Assembly (NCBI GenBank): GCA_050633305.1
Contig: JBOEGF010000032.1
Coordinates: 224,001-288,000 of the forward strand
From: Nannocystales bacterium
GTDB taxonomy: Bacteria > Myxococcota_A > Polyangia > Nannocystales > Nannocystaceae
Direction: 5' to 3'
Length of the DNA: 64,000 nt
A model generated the notes under the pieces. That model was not told the origin of the DNA. It saw nothing but the letters and a program-made list of their open reading frames with translations, and ran no database searches. Below are positions 50,709 to 60,467 of this stretch, piece after piece; within the stretch, counting starts at the first letter, position 1, and each line of letters opens with the position of its first letter. Made by a program: the position numbers and the translations under genes.

Positions 50709-51803
50709 TCACCCCGCCTCGGGTGCGGCTGCGGCCTCGCCCGCCGTGTCGTCCCCCGTCAGCGACCCCGCGCTGGTCAGCGCCTGAGCTTGTTCCACCG
50801 TTGCAGCACAGCGGAACCCGAAGTGGTGAAAGTGCGGTCCGTTGCTGGGGAAGTGCGCGCGTCGGTACGTCCCCGTCGCCCGCGTCTCGTCCCAGTACCA
50901 GGAGCCTCCCCGGATGATCTTTTGCGAGTGGCCTTTGCAGGTCTCGTCTCCGTCGCATGGACCGCGCGGGTCGACGCCGACGCACGCGTCGCCGCACGCC
51001 TCATAGCTCCGGCTGTACCAATCGTAGACCCACTCCCACGAGTTCCCGACCATGTCGTACAGCCCGTAGCGTCCGACCGGTCGGGAGCCGACGTCCCACG
51101 GCCGACCAGTCTCCGGCTTGCTGATCGCTTTTTTGAGCCCGCAACTCCGCCCACTGCCGTCCTTGATGATGGCCTTGTCGCAGTCGGCGGGGTCATCGCC
51201 CCAGGGGTAGATCTCTCCGTCGGGACCGCGGGCTGCTTTTTCCCACTGCGCCTCGGTGGGCAACGTCTTCCCGTGGGCTTCGCAGTAGGCCAGCGAGTCG
51301 AACCAGCTCACCCCTTGGATCGGCATGTCGGGATGGTCGAAATCGGTGTAGCGGGGACCTGAGCGTGGGCAGCGTTTCTCTTTTTGACAGGCCTTGTACT
51401 CGGCGTACGTCACCTCGTACTGGTCCATGTAGAAGGTCTGGGCCCAGATCGTCGCCGAGGGCATCTCGTTGCTGCGTTCCGCCTCATCCCGCCCCCGGAC
51501 GAACGGGCCGGCCGGGATACAAGACATCCGCTCGGGTGCCGAGGCACACGCGATCGCCTCGGTCCCGTCGGGTGCGCTTTCGAGGGCCGGCGGCGGCGCG
51601 GGTTCCGGCTTGGGCTTGGTATCGGGGGCTTTTGTGCCGCCCTCTGCAGCATCCTCCGACGGGGCATCTTGCACCGCCTCCGGGGCCGGCTCCAGGGCCG
51701 CTGACTCGAAGTTAGACGTTTTTTGGGTCTCGGGGGCCGGAGGCGACGGGTTGCCGGCGCAACCAAGGAAACACGTACTCACAAGGAGCGCTCGCGACCG
51801 CAT
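50709..51803 (-). CDS. FGE-sulfatase (SUMF1-like) domain lipoprotein
   Basis: IPAGPFVRG, FYMDQYEVT, LPTEAQWEKAARG, YPWG, GLYDMVGNSWEW, IRGGSW, FGFRC; lipobox FLGC. Confidence 0.88.
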   Translation of the reverse strand: MRSRALLVSTCFLGCAGNPSPPAPETQKTSNFESAALEPAPEAVQDAPSEDAAEGGTKAPDTKPKPEPAPPPALESAPDGTEAIACASAPERMSCIPAGPFVRGRDEAERSNEMPSATIWAQTFYMDQYEVTYAEYKACQKEKRCPRSGPRYTDFDHPDMPIQGVSWFDSLAYCEAHGKTLPTEAQWEKAARGPDGEIYPWGDDPADCDKAIIKDGSGRSCGLKKAISKPETGRPWDVGSRPVGRYGLYDMVGNSWEWVYDWYSRSYEACGDACVGVDPRGPCDGDETCKGHSQKIIRGGSWYWDETRATGTYRRAHFPSNGPHFHHFGFRCAATVEQAQALTSAGSLTGDDTAGEAAAAPEAG

Positions 51804-52036
51804 GCGGGCTTGATACCTGGTCATTCGGCAACCGCCAAGCGACCGATCTCGGGCCGTAGGGCGTGAGCGGACCCTTCCGAGCAGACGGCAGCTCCACGGC
51901 GTGCGGCGTACGCCCATAAGCCGGCGACTTCCGTGCAATGCGAACAACCGTCGAAGCGTTTGGGGTTGAGGTAGGAGCCAGGTACACTTCTCCATCCCCG
52001 CTGGGGTCGTCGAGCGACGACGACGCCCGTGCCTTC

Positions 52037-53563
52037 ATGTCTGAACGACCCACAGGGATTCCCAAGACCCGCCGGCTCGACACCGGACAGTCCCGCGAAG
52101 AGCGGGGCGCATCCGCACCGTCGAGCCCGACGTCGCCCCCCGCACCGTCCGCGTCCGCGTCCGATATGGAGCTGACGTTCACGCGTGACGTGGGGAAGAA
52201 AATCGCGGGCCGCTACAAGATCACCGACGTCATCGGTGAGGGCGGAATGGGCGTGGTCTACGAGGCGTGGGACACCCAGGTCGAGCGCAAGGTCGCGATC
52301 AAGCTCGTCCGCTCGGACACCACCGACCGCAAGTTCCTCAGTCGCTTCCGGCGCGAGCTCGAGATCACGAGCAAGCTGCGACACCCCTCGACGATCCGCG
52401 TGTTCGAACACGGGGAGACCAAGGACGGCCGGCCGTACATGGTCATGGAGCTCCTCACGGGGGAGAGCCTGGCCGACCGCCTCGAGCAAGGGCCGCTCGA
52501 CGAGATGGAAGCCCTGCAGATCGCCCGACAGGCGGCCGAGTCGCTGTCCGAGGCGCACGAGCACGGCGTCTTCCACCGAGATCTCAAGCCGGACAACATC
52601 TTCATCGAGACCGTCGGCGTCTCCAAAGTCGTCAAGGTCCTCGACTTCGGCATCGCCGGTGGTGTCGACGCGACCCGGCTGACGCAAGCCGGCGAGGTGT
52701 TCGGGACGCCGCAGTACATGTCTCCCGAGCAGTGCAACGGTCTGCCGCTCGACCACCGCACCGACATCTACTCGCTCGGGTGCATCCTCTACGAAATGCT
52801 CGAGGGTCGCCCGCCCTTCGCAGCCGAGACCCCGATGGCCACGATGCTCAAGCACGTGCGCGCCAAGGTCCCCACCCCGCGACATGCCTCGAAGGAGACG
52901 GCCAAAGTCGTGCTGATGGGGCTCCGCAAGGATCGCTCCAAGCGCATCCAGACCGCGGGACGGCTGGCGGAACTCGTCGGTCAGTGCATCGGATACCTGC
53001 GGACCGGCGGCGACAGCCGCAGCAACCGTCTGGACTCTGGGCCCTCCAGCGCCCAACTCGTCGCCTCGGGCGCCGTGTCGACGGGGCACTCGGCGATCGC
53101 CCGCGGCGGTCTCTCGGGCGGAACCTCCACGTTGCCCTCGACCACCGGCCCCGTTCCGGGGTTTGCGGAGGACAGCCGGGGACGCACGATCGCGATCGGG
53201 TTGGGCCTGCTCGCGATCGGCCTGGTCATCGCCATGTTCTTTGGCGACATGAGCTCTGGCCCCAGCGGCGAAGCGGACAACGACAGCAAGGCGAGCGAAT
53301 CGGGCTCGGGCTCCAGCGCGAGCAGCCCCGAGAAGCTGCCGATGAACCGCGCGCTGGTGCAGACCAACGTCGAGGGTGCCCAAGTCTACGTCGACGAGAA
53401 GTACCAGTGCGACACCCCGTGTGAGGTCAAGGTCCCCGTTGGCGACGGCCTCTCCCATGAGATTCGGGCCAAGAAAGAGGGCTACATAGACCTGGTGAAG
53501 GTCTGGAAGCCCAAGAGCGTTGCCGAGCCGCTGCCCAAGCTCGCACCGATGGAAAAGCTATGA
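52037..53563 (+). CDS. Membrane Ser/Thr protein kinase with C-terminal PEGA domain
   Basis: IGEGGMGVVY, VAIK, HRDLKPDN, DFG, GTPQYMSPEQ, DIYSLG; one TM helix; PEGA-like GAQVYVD...TP...KKEGY. Confidence 0.93.
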   Translation: MSERPTGIPKTRRLDTGQSREERGASAPSSPTSPPAPSASASDMELTFTRDVGKKIAGRYKITDVIGEGGMGVVYEAWDTQVERKVAIKLVRSDTTDRKFLSRFRRELEITSKLRHPSTIRVFEHGETKDGRPYMVMELLTGESLADRLEQGPLDEMEALQIARQAAESLSEAHEHGVFHRDLKPDNIFIETVGVSKVVKVLDFGIAGGVDATRLTQAGEVFGTPQYMSPEQCNGLPLDHRTDIYSLGCILYEMLEGRPPFAAETPMATMLKHVRAKVPTPRHASKETAKVVLMGLRKDRSKRIQTAGRLAELVGQCIGYLRTGGDSRSNRLDSGPSSAQLVASGAVSTGHSAIARGGLSGGTSTLPSTTGPVPGFAEDSRGRTIAIGLGLLAIGLVIAMFFGDMSSGPSGEADNDSKASESGSGSSASSPEKLPMNRALVQTNVEGAQVYVDEKYQCDTPCEVKVPVGDGLSHEIRAKKEGYIDLVKVWKPKSVAEPLPKLAPMEKL

Positions 53564-54816
53564 GTCAAGACGAGTCCTTCTCCGCCCTGTTCGAATCAAA
53601 CACCTCCGGACAGGGTGGGCAGCGTACGGAACTTCGCGCGGGTCAGCGCATCACAGGCACTGTCGTCGCCATCACCGCCGATACGGTCTTTGTCGACGTC
53701 GGCGGTCGTGTCGAGGGGCACCTTGCCCGCAACGAGATCCTCGGAGACGACGGTGAGCCCAAGCTGTCCATCGGGGACAGTGTCAAGGCGACGGTCGTCC
53801 AAGCCGGCCGCGGTGCGCCTGTGCTCCGTGTTGCCTTGGGCCGCGGCGAAGCTGGCACCGCCGAACTCGAGCTGGCCGCCGAGAGCGGAACCCCGGTCGA
53901 GGGAACCTTCAGCAAAGCGGTCAAGGCTGGCCTCGAGGTCGACATCTCGGGCAAGCGTGCGTTCTGCCCCGCGTCCCAAGTCGACGTCCAGTTCGTGCAA
54001 GACCTGGAAACGTTCGTTGGACAGACGAACTTCTTCAAGGTGCTCGAGGTTCGTGACAACGGGCGCTCGATCGTCGTCAGTCGACGCGCCCTGCTCGAGG
54101 CGGAGCGGGCCGAAAAAGCCCAGGAGCTGCTGGGCCGCCTCGAAGCTGGCGCTGAGCTCGAAGGCATCGTGCAGTCGCTGCAAGCCTACGGCGCGTTTGT
54201 CGACATCGGCGGGATCCAAGGCCTGCTGCACGTCTCCGAGATCAGCACCGCGCGCGTCACCAGTCCTTCGGACGTCCTGTCCGTCGGCGAGAGCGTCCGG
54301 GTCTTGGTCAAGAGCATCGAGTCCCAGGCCGACGGCAAACCGCCGAAGATCAGCCTGTCGATGAAGGCGCTGATGCAGGGCGGCGATGCACCTGCCCCCA
54401 AGCAGAACGAGGTCGTCACGGCCACCGTCGACAAGATCGAAAACTTCGGCGTGCTGGTCACCACCGAGGGCGGCTCGGGCCTCATCCCCACCTCCGAACT
54501 CGACCTCCCCCTCAACTCCGACCCGCGTCGGCGCTACAAAGTGGGCTCCGAGGTCGAGGTTGTTCAGATGCGTGGCGGCGCCCAGGGCAAGCTGCGGTTC
54601 TCGGTCCGCGCCGTCGCCCAGGCTGAGGAGCGCAACGCGTTTGCGAACTTCCGGCAGTCCCAAGGCAAGGGCAAAGGCGGCGGAAAGCAGAAGGCGGGCA
54701 AGCTTGGCTCGCTCGGCGACCTGCTCGCCGGGATCGATCTCGGCGGGGGCGGCTCCCAATCCCAATCCCAATCCAAGTCCAAGCCCAAGTCCAAGTCCAA
54801 GTCCAAGTCCAAGTAG
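53560..54816 (+). CDS. Multi-S1-domain RNA-binding protein (RpsA paralog, about 4 S1 domains)
   Basis: VFVDVG, RAFCPASQVD, NIV-like SIVVSRRALLE, YGAFVDIGGIQGLLHVSEIS, LGSLGDLL. Confidence 0.88.
   Translation: MSQDESFSALFESNTSGQGGQRTELRAGQRITGTVVAITADTVFVDVGGRVEGHLARNEILGDDGEPKLSIGDSVKATVVQAGRGAPVLRVALGRGEAGTAELELAAESGTPVEGTFSKAVKAGLEVDISGKRAFCPASQVDVQFVQDLETFVGQTNFFKVLEVRDNGRSIVVSRRALLEAERAEKAQELLGRLEAGAELEGIVQSLQAYGAFVDIGGIQGLLHVSEISTARVTSPSDVLSVGESVRVLVKSIESQADGKPPKISLSMKALMQGGDAPAPKQNEVVTATVDKIENFGVLVTTEGGSGLIPTSELDLPLNSDPRRRYKVGSEVEVVQMRGGAQGKLRFSVRAVAQAEERNAFANFRQSQGKGKGGGKQKAGKLGSLGDLLAGIDLGGGGSQSQSQSKSKPKSKSKSKSK
54754..54813 (+). repeat. Hexamer repeat (TCCCAA/TCCAAG), 10 units, encoding SQSQSQSKSKPKSKSKSKSK
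   Basis: Direct reading of the sequence. Confidence 0.9.
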
Positions 54817-54858
54817 GCCGTCTGCCTGTGTGGCGAGGCCAGCGGCGATGCTGGCCCA

Positions 54859-54894
54859 AAAGACCCTCTGCTGCACTCGCAGTCGAGGGTCTTT
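54859..54894. terminator. Probable bidirectional intrinsic terminator between convergent genes
   Basis: 10-bp stem AAAGACCCTC...GAGGGTCTTT with an inner CTGC/GCAG stem. Confidence 0.6.
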
Positions 54895-54932
54895 GTGATC
54901 CCGCAGCTGGCCCACCGCCGCCGCGCAACACC

Positions 54933-55796
54933 TCAGAACTGAAACTGGACGCTCAGACTCCCCGCAACGTTGAAGTCGCGCTTGGGGGTGACGGGGAGCT
55001 GCAGGTTCGCTGCGAGCAGACCCCAGGAGGCGAAGCTATAGCTGACGCCGCTGAGGTGTGCGATGCGAACCGAGCCAACCTGACGCTCGGTCTCCGTCGC
55101 ACGGTTGCCGCTGCAATACGACGACCCGCCGCCAACCTCAGCACACAGGTTCGCTACCCGCACGTCGGCAAGCGCCCCGAGGCTCAACCCCAGCTTGCCG
55201 AACGCCCGGTACCCGACTTGGCCGCTGGCCGTCACGTCGAACGCCGTCCCGGCGGGACGATGCTCGGCCGTCCCCAAGAGCATCACCTGCCAATACGTCC
55301 GCAGGTGCGTCCGCGTGAACATGACCATCGGAGACACGGTCCAGCCCCGGCCGGGGTCGGCCTCGAACCGAAGCGAACGTGTGGGCACGGAGATGTTGAC
55401 GCCCGTGGTGACGACGCGGTGGATCAGCTTGTCCGCGTGGGGGGTCAGCCGGAAAAATGCCCTCGTGTCGCCGTACCCGACCTTGCGCGGTGCGGAGTCC
55501 TCATCGACGATAAGCACTGGGGCCTGCGCACCCAACGAAATCCACGGATGCGGCGCGTACTCGCCGAGCAACGACGTGTTGTACGTGGTCGCCGGGTTGA
55601 GACTGGTGGAGTTGCGGCTGTACTCCTGGAGGAGCATGAGCCGGGAAGTCGCCTGGCCAGAACCGCCACCAAGACTGTTCAGGTTGCGAACTCCCTCCGA
55701 GGCCCCATGCCCCGGGACATGGTGGGCCCGTGCGAGACCCGGGGCCGCCACGCATGTGCACAGCGCGGCGAGGGCCGAGGCGCGAACGGCCTTCAT
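54933..55796 (-). CDS. Putative outer-membrane beta-barrel/transporter with His-rich mature N-terminus
   Basis: Signal peptide ending ARA, then HHVPGHG; GYGD motif; amphipathic strands; C-terminal VQFQF beta-signal. Confidence 0.7.
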   Translation of the reverse strand: MKAVRASALAALCTCVAAPGLARAHHVPGHGASEGVRNLNSLGGGSGQATSRLMLLQEYSRNSTSLNPATTYNTSLLGEYAPHPWISLGAQAPVLIVDEDSAPRKVGYGDTRAFFRLTPHADKLIHRVVTTGVNISVPTRSLRFEADPGRGWTVSPMVMFTRTHLRTYWQVMLLGTAEHRPAGTAFDVTASGQVGYRAFGKLGLSLGALADVRVANLCAEVGGGSSYCSGNRATETERQVGSVRIAHLSGVSYSFASWGLLAANLQLPVTPKRDFNVAGSLSVQFQF

Positions 55797-56116
55797 CGAA
55801 GCCCCCGTCGGGGGACATGGCATCCCACGCAAGTCCGTTCGTCATCCAGCATCCACTGGGCGACGAGCGACGCTCCCCCACCCTGCATCCGTTGATGAAT
55901 CGACGCTTCCCGCCTCCGCGGCGACATCGCGGCCAACCCGTCGAGCACGCGTTGTTCGGCCTCGTGACAACTCATGCACGTGTCATCGCCAGCGGTTTCG
56001 GTCAGCCCCGCGTGGTGCTGAACCGGCCGAATCCCAGGTGCCAACGCCGGCAAGCAGGCACCCAGCGTCGCCGCCATCAGGGGCGCGAACGCCAGTGATC
56101 GGACGCGGAAAGACAC
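55793..56116 (-). CDS. Small di-heme c-type cytochrome (lipoprotein-like)
   Basis: Two CxxCH motifs (CMSCH, CVGCH); LGAC lipobox; stop codon overlaps the start of the barrel gene. Confidence 0.75.
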   Translation of the reverse strand: MSFRVRSLAFAPLMAATLGACLPALAPGIRPVQHHAGLTETAGDDTCMSCHEAEQRVLDGLAAMSPRRREASIHQRMQGGGASLVAQWMLDDERTCVGCHVPRRGLR

Positions 56117-56150
56117 GCCCCTGGACTACGGGATGGCCTCTGCGCGTGCT

Positions 56151-56184
56151 GCGACCGACCGTCGCAGTCGCGACACCCTGTCGC
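56151..56184. promoter_or_regulatory. Two tandem RegA/RegR/PrrA-type boxes (GCGAC-N5-GTCGC)
   Basis: GCGAC-CGACC-GTCGC at 56151-56165 and GCGAC-ACCCT-GTCGC at 56170-56184, in the divergent intergenic region next to a RegA-like gene. Confidence 0.75.
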
Positions 56185-56224
56185 ACGTGGCCGAGCACGA
56201 TGCTCGTGGCACACTGCCCTCGCG

Positions 56225-57517
56225 TTGAGCGCTCCCAAACCCAGCCTCGCTCCGGCCGCCCTGACCCAACGGGGACTCGTCACCGCGCGGTGGGTGACGG
56301 TCGCCTTGATGGGTGCTGCCGCCTCTCTAATGGCGTTCGCGCCGCAGTTGGTGGCCCCCGTGCTGAGCTGGGTGCCCACGTCGGGAACGATCGCCGGGTT
56401 CGTCGCGATCCTCGTCGCACTCGCGATGTTCAACGTCTACGTCGCTCGTGTGGTCCTGCCGACCGGCCGCGCAACCGTCACGTTCGCGGGCCTCCAGCTG
56501 CTCGCCGACTCCGCCGCGCTCACATTGCTGCTTGGCCTGACCGGAGGCGCGACCAACCCGTTCACGACGCTGTACTTCGTCCCGATCACGCTCGCGACGC
56601 AGGTCTCGCCCCGCTGGACGTGGGCCGTCGCCGGGGCATCCCTCGCGGGCTTCGGTCTGCTGTACCTCCTGGGGCCGCTCCCCCAGGGACCGCCTGGCCA
56701 TGAGCACCACTTCGCAGGGCACCTGCAGGGGATGTGGTTCTCGTTCGGAGTCACCGGTGCGCTCATCACCTACTTTGTGCACAGCATCGCGATGTCCGTC
56801 GCCCGACAGCGGGCCGAGCTCACGCGGCTGCGAGACCAGGCGCTCGAAGACCGACACCTCGCAAGCTTGGGGAGCCTCGCAGCCGGGGCTGCCCACGAGC
56901 TCGGAACCCCGCTGGGTACGATCGCGGTGCTCGCCTCCGAACTCCCGCACATGGAAGACGCGGAGCGGGACGATGCATCCGACTCGATTCGGCACGAGGT
57001 CTCGCGCTGCAAGAAGATCGTCCAGCGGATGTCGACCCCGGACGCCCGCGTGCACGCGCTCGGGGCCGATGCGGAGCCATGGGCCCTGCATGATCTCCAC
57101 AGCGAGCAACATGCCGCGGGCGAGGTCCCGGTCGAGGTCAGCTTCGACGGGGCCAGTGCAGACGCCGCATGCGACCTGCCCCGCGACGCTCTCGGGCAGA
57201 TCCTCCGCGAACTGTTGGCGAACGCCGCCGAGGCCTGCCGACGCCGGAAAGGAGAGCATGGCATCCGCGTCAGAATCTCAGCCGCCGACGCGATGGCCCA
57301 CGTCCAGGTCGAAGACGACGGAGAAGGCATGGACGCCGCCCTCGCGGGCGCCGCGTTCGATCCCTTCTTCTCCACCAAACCCGAAGGGTCCGGAATGGGC
57401 CTGGGCCTGTACCTCACCCGCGCCCAACTCCGTCAGCTCGGCGGTAGCATATCGGCAGAGTCCGAACCCGGCCGCGGCACAACCGTCACCATCACCTTCC
57501 CGCTCGCCTCGACATGA
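56225..57517 (+). CDS. regB: RegB/PrrB/ActS-family sensor histidine kinase
   Basis: About 6 TM helices; GGATNPF (GGxxNPF); HLQGMW; H-box AAGAAHELGTPL; SRCKKIV (conserved Cys position); PFFSTK, GMGLGLYL. Confidence 0.85.
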   Translation: MSAPKPSLAPAALTQRGLVTARWVTVALMGAAASLMAFAPQLVAPVLSWVPTSGTIAGFVAILVALAMFNVYVARVVLPTGRATVTFAGLQLLADSAALTLLLGLTGGATNPFTTLYFVPITLATQVSPRWTWAVAGASLAGFGLLYLLGPLPQGPPGHEHHFAGHLQGMWFSFGVTGALITYFVHSIAMSVARQRAELTRLRDQALEDRHLASLGSLAAGAAHELGTPLGTIAVLASELPHMEDAERDDASDSIRHEVSRCKKIVQRMSTPDARVHALGADAEPWALHDLHSEQHAAGEVPVEVSFDGASADAACDLPRDALGQILRELLANAAEACRRRKGEHGIRVRISAADAMAHVQVEDDGEGMDAALAGAAFDPFFSTKPEGSGMGLGLYLTRAQLRQLGGSISAESEPGRGTTVTITFPLAST

Positions 57518-58095
57518 ACAGCCCCAGCGACATCAACCCGGACGGCGAAACCATCCTCATCACCGACGATGACAAGGCGTTCTGTGCCGCGCTCACCGGA
57601 GCGTTCCGGCGGCGGGGCTTCAAGGTGGTCGTGGCGCACGACTACGATGACGCGATTACGGAGGCCGAGGCGTGGAGTCCAGGACGCGCCGTGGTCGACC
57701 TGCGCATGCCCGGCCGCGGTGGACTCGAGGTCGTGGGCGAACTCCACGGCAAACACCCGAACATGAAGATCGTGGTGCTCACGGGGTACGGCAGTATCGC
57801 GACCGCCGTCGAAGCGATGAAGCTCGGTGCGGTCCACTACCTGACCAAACCCGCAGAGCCCGACGAGGTCCTCGCCGCGTTCGAGCGTACCGAGCCGGCC
57901 ACCGATGTCACCGAGGAGTCGGCCAACCCTCGCTCGCTCGAAGAGGTGGAGTGGGAGCACCTGCAACGGGTGCTCACCGACTGCGCTGGCAACATCTCGG
58001 AGGCCGCGAGGCGACTCGGCATGCACCGGCGGAGCTTGCAACGGAAACTCGCACGCGGTCGGCCGGGCGAAGGCCTTGGGCCGGCCGAAGAGTGA
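57514..58095 (+). CDS. regA: RegA/PrrA/ActR-family response regulator
   Basis: VVDLRMP, LTGYGSIATAVEAMKLGA.HYLTKP, WEHLQRVL..C.GNISEAARRLGMHRRSLQRKL. Confidence 0.92.
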   Translation: MNSPSDINPDGETILITDDDKAFCAALTGAFRRRGFKVVVAHDYDDAITEAEAWSPGRAVVDLRMPGRGGLEVVGELHGKHPNMKIVVLTGYGSIATAVEAMKLGAVHYLTKPAEPDEVLAAFERTEPATDVTEESANPRSLEEVEWEHLQRVLTDCAGNISEAARRLGMHRRSLQRKLARGRPGEGLGPAEE

Positions 58096-58643
58096 TGTCC
58101 TCAAAGACCAGCCGCCTGTTCGTCGGACTCCCGCTCCCGCCGATGCTCGCCCAGCAACTGGCGCTGCTCGGCGGCGGGATTGAAGGCGCTCGGTGGGAGG
58201 CCCCTGAGAAGCTCCATCTCACGCTTCGGTACCTGGGGGACGTGGACGGAGGACAGCGTGCCGCACTCGACGAATGCCTCCGCTCGGTTCGTGCGCCTTC
58301 GTTCTCGCTCACGGTCCGTGGCTGCGGTCACTTTCCACCGCGGGGAGAACCGCGGTCGCTGTGGCTCGGGCTCGCGGATTCACCCGCCCTCCAACGCCTT
58401 CACGATCAGTTGGAGAGCGCGATACGCAGCGCGGGCTTCGAGGCGGATGCTCGGGGGTTCGTGCCACACATCACCCTGGCGCGACTCAAACGCTCGCCCA
58501 GCAAGAAGGTCGCCGCGTGGCTGGGAATGCACGCGTTGTGGGACGCGCCCCCTTTCGAGGTCGAGTCCTTCACCCTGTACTCGAGCATCCTCCGCGCCAC
58601 CGGTTCCCGCTACACGCCCGAGGCGCACTATCCTCTGGCCTGA
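58095..58643 (+). CDS. thpR: RNA 2',3'-cyclic phosphodiesterase (2H family)
   Basis: RLFVGL, two HxT motifs (LHLTLRYLG, PHITLAR), LYSS. Confidence 0.92.
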   Translation: MSSKTSRLFVGLPLPPMLAQQLALLGGGIEGARWEAPEKLHLTLRYLGDVDGGQRAALDECLRSVRAPSFSLTVRGCGHFPPRGEPRSLWLGLADSPALQRLHDQLESAIRSAGFEADARGFVPHITLARLKRSPSKKVAAWLGMHALWDAPPFEVESFTLYSSILRATGSRYTPEAHYPLA

Positions 58644-58723
58644 GCCCGACACCCCCGACACCCGCCGGGTTTCTTTTTCTTCGCGGAATGCGGCGCCCGG
58701 CAGCACGGTCCAACCTGCCGACC

Positions 58724-58945
58724 ATGTCACGGCTCTACCGTTCCAACGACCAGCGCATCTTTCTCGGCGTCTGCGGCGGCCTCGCCCAACGCTACGGCTG
58801 GGACCCGGTGTGGGTCCGACTCGCCTTTGTCGCTGGCGTCCTGTTGGGCGGCCCCGGAATTCTGGCCTACGCGGTGATGGCACTGGTCGTCCCTCGAAAT
58901 CCCGCCCTGAGCGGTCGGACGATGCGTGCGCTCGACTCCGCGTAG
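58724..58945 (+). CDS. PspC domain protein
   Basis: RLYRS...GVCGGLA..YG.DP.WVRL...LAY..MALVVP. Confidence 0.88.
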   Translation: MSRLYRSNDQRIFLGVCGGLAQRYGWDPVWVRLAFVAGVLLGGPGILAYAVMALVVPRNPALSGRTMRALDSA

Positions 58946-58975
58946 GCCGGCGACCTCGAGGGCCGCTCGCCGGGT

Positions 58976-59377
58976 TCAGGCGGTGACGCGACGCTTCGGG
59001 CCGGCCACTTCGGACAACGCGGGGTCGACGATATCGTTGTCGTCGTTGACCAGTACCACCGTCGGACTCCAGCCCTCAGCCTCCTCGGCGGGGACCTCGG
59101 CAAACGTCGCCACGATCACGCGGTCGCCGGGCTTCATGAGATGGGCCGCCGCCCCGTTCATGCACATGATCTTGGAGTCGCGCTCGCCCCGAAGGGCGTA
59201 GGTGGTGAGCCGGGTTCCGCGAGTCACATTCCAGACGTGAATCTGCTCGTGCTCGTGGATGCCGGCCGCGTCCATGAGGGTGCCGCAGATGGTCATGCTT
59301 CCCTCGTACTCGAGGTCGGCGTGCGTGACGATGGCGCGATGGATCTTGGATTTGAAGAGATGAAGTCGAACGGACAT
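58976..59377 (-). CDS. panD: Aspartate 1-decarboxylase
   Basis: [17 protein letters not shown] (G-S cleavage site), GTRLTTY, NGAAAHL, GDRVI. Confidence 0.96.
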   Translation of the reverse strand: MSVRLHLFKSKIHRAIVTHADLEYEGSMTICGTLMDAAGIHEHEQIHVWNVTRGTRLTTYALRGERDSKIMCMNGAAAHLMKPGDRVIVATFAEVPAEEAEGWSPTVVLVNDDNDIVDPALSEVAGPKRRVTA

Positions 59378-59513
59378 GACGAACCTCGTCCCGGCCCCGC
59401 GCTGCGAGGTCCAGGCGACGCCGCGACGCTACCGGAGCGTGCGCAGAGATCAAGCCGAACGATCGCAGTCCAGCGCCGCAAGGCACCGGCCGACAACGGG
59501 ACTCGCGCGCGAC

Positions 59514-60467
59514 TCAGGTCGAGGGCGCTGGCGGAGGCGCGTAGATCCACCCATCGGTGACCCAAGCGTCGCCCAGCGCGACCGCTGCATCGGTCAGCGG
59601 AATGCCCGACGCGGTGTCCGCTTGTTCGAACTCCCGCGGGCCCCGCCAGCCGGCTCGGCTCCACAGGAACCCGGTGTAGGCGCAAAGCACCGCGCCAAAG
59701 ACATGTGTGTTGCGGACGACGACCTCGGGCCACACGTACGCGTAGTCGATGCCTTCACGGAGGCCGGCGAGCACCTCTTTTCGGGTGTCCCACACACGTT
59801 GGGTTTCGCCATGCCGAGTCCGTCTCTCCGTGGTGCTCCCGAAGAGTTGCGTGAGCGTGGCACGCGGGTAAACCTCGAGCAGATTCTCGTGGAGGCGAAG
59901 CTGCGGGGAGAGCACGCGCCGCAGATAGGTTGCTCGTGCCGCCAACGGCCCTGTGCCCTGCCCCAACGCCTCGCGCGGGCGCGCGCCCAGAGAGGTCCAG
60001 AGCACCTCGGTGGCCCGCTGTGTATACGGGGTGACAGCGGGTTTGGACGGATCGCTCTTGCCACGGGGTAGCAACCGCGGTGCCCACGTCCGCATCCAAG
60101 CCACAGAGGGTACGTCGCACACCGTCAGTCCGGGGCACGGCAGCGTGCACCGAACACACGGCGGCAGCGTGAGGGGAGCATTGATTGCGACGACGGTCTC
60201 ATCGTCAGTCCACCGACGCAGATACTCCACGAGCACCTCGTCACGAAACAGCGCGTCGCCTTCGTGGTTGCCCGTCCCGCGATGTCCCTGGCGGATCGTG
60301 GCCTCGGCCACAGTGAGACCCGCCCCCCCCTCGGGAAGCTCGAGCCGAGCGATTGCCGTGTTCTTGCCGCGACCGCCGCCGAGGTCCACGCCGATGAAGC
60401 GCCGAAAGGGCCGCGCAGCTGCGGGCCCTTTCGTGTCGGAAGCTTCCGGTTGTTGCGCGTCGCTCAC
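59514..60467 (-). CDS. DUF429-like RNase H-fold protein with a Cys4 insert
   Basis: FIGVDLGG, VAINAPLTLPPCVRCTLPCPGLTVC, YTQRATE, LEVYP; GTG overlaps the UPF0158 stop codon. Confidence 0.7.
   Translation of the reverse strand: MSDAQQPEASDTKGPAAARPFRRFIGVDLGGGRGKNTAIARLELPEGGAGLTVAEATIRQGHRGTGNHEGDALFRDEVLVEYLRRWTDDETVVAINAPLTLPPCVRCTLPCPGLTVCDVPSVAWMRTWAPRLLPRGKSDPSKPAVTPYTQRATEVLWTSLGARPREALGQGTGPLAARATYLRRVLSPQLRLHENLLEVYPRATLTQLFGSTTERRTRHGETQRVWDTRKEVLAGLREGIDYAYVWPEVVVRNTHVFGAVLCAYTGFLWSRAGWRGPREFEQADTASGIPLTDAAVALGDAWVTDGWIYAPPPAPST

Noticed and set aside
58657..58682. Intrinsic terminator after thpR (short stem followed by a T-rich run)
   Set aside because: The stem is only about 4 bp and too weak to call.
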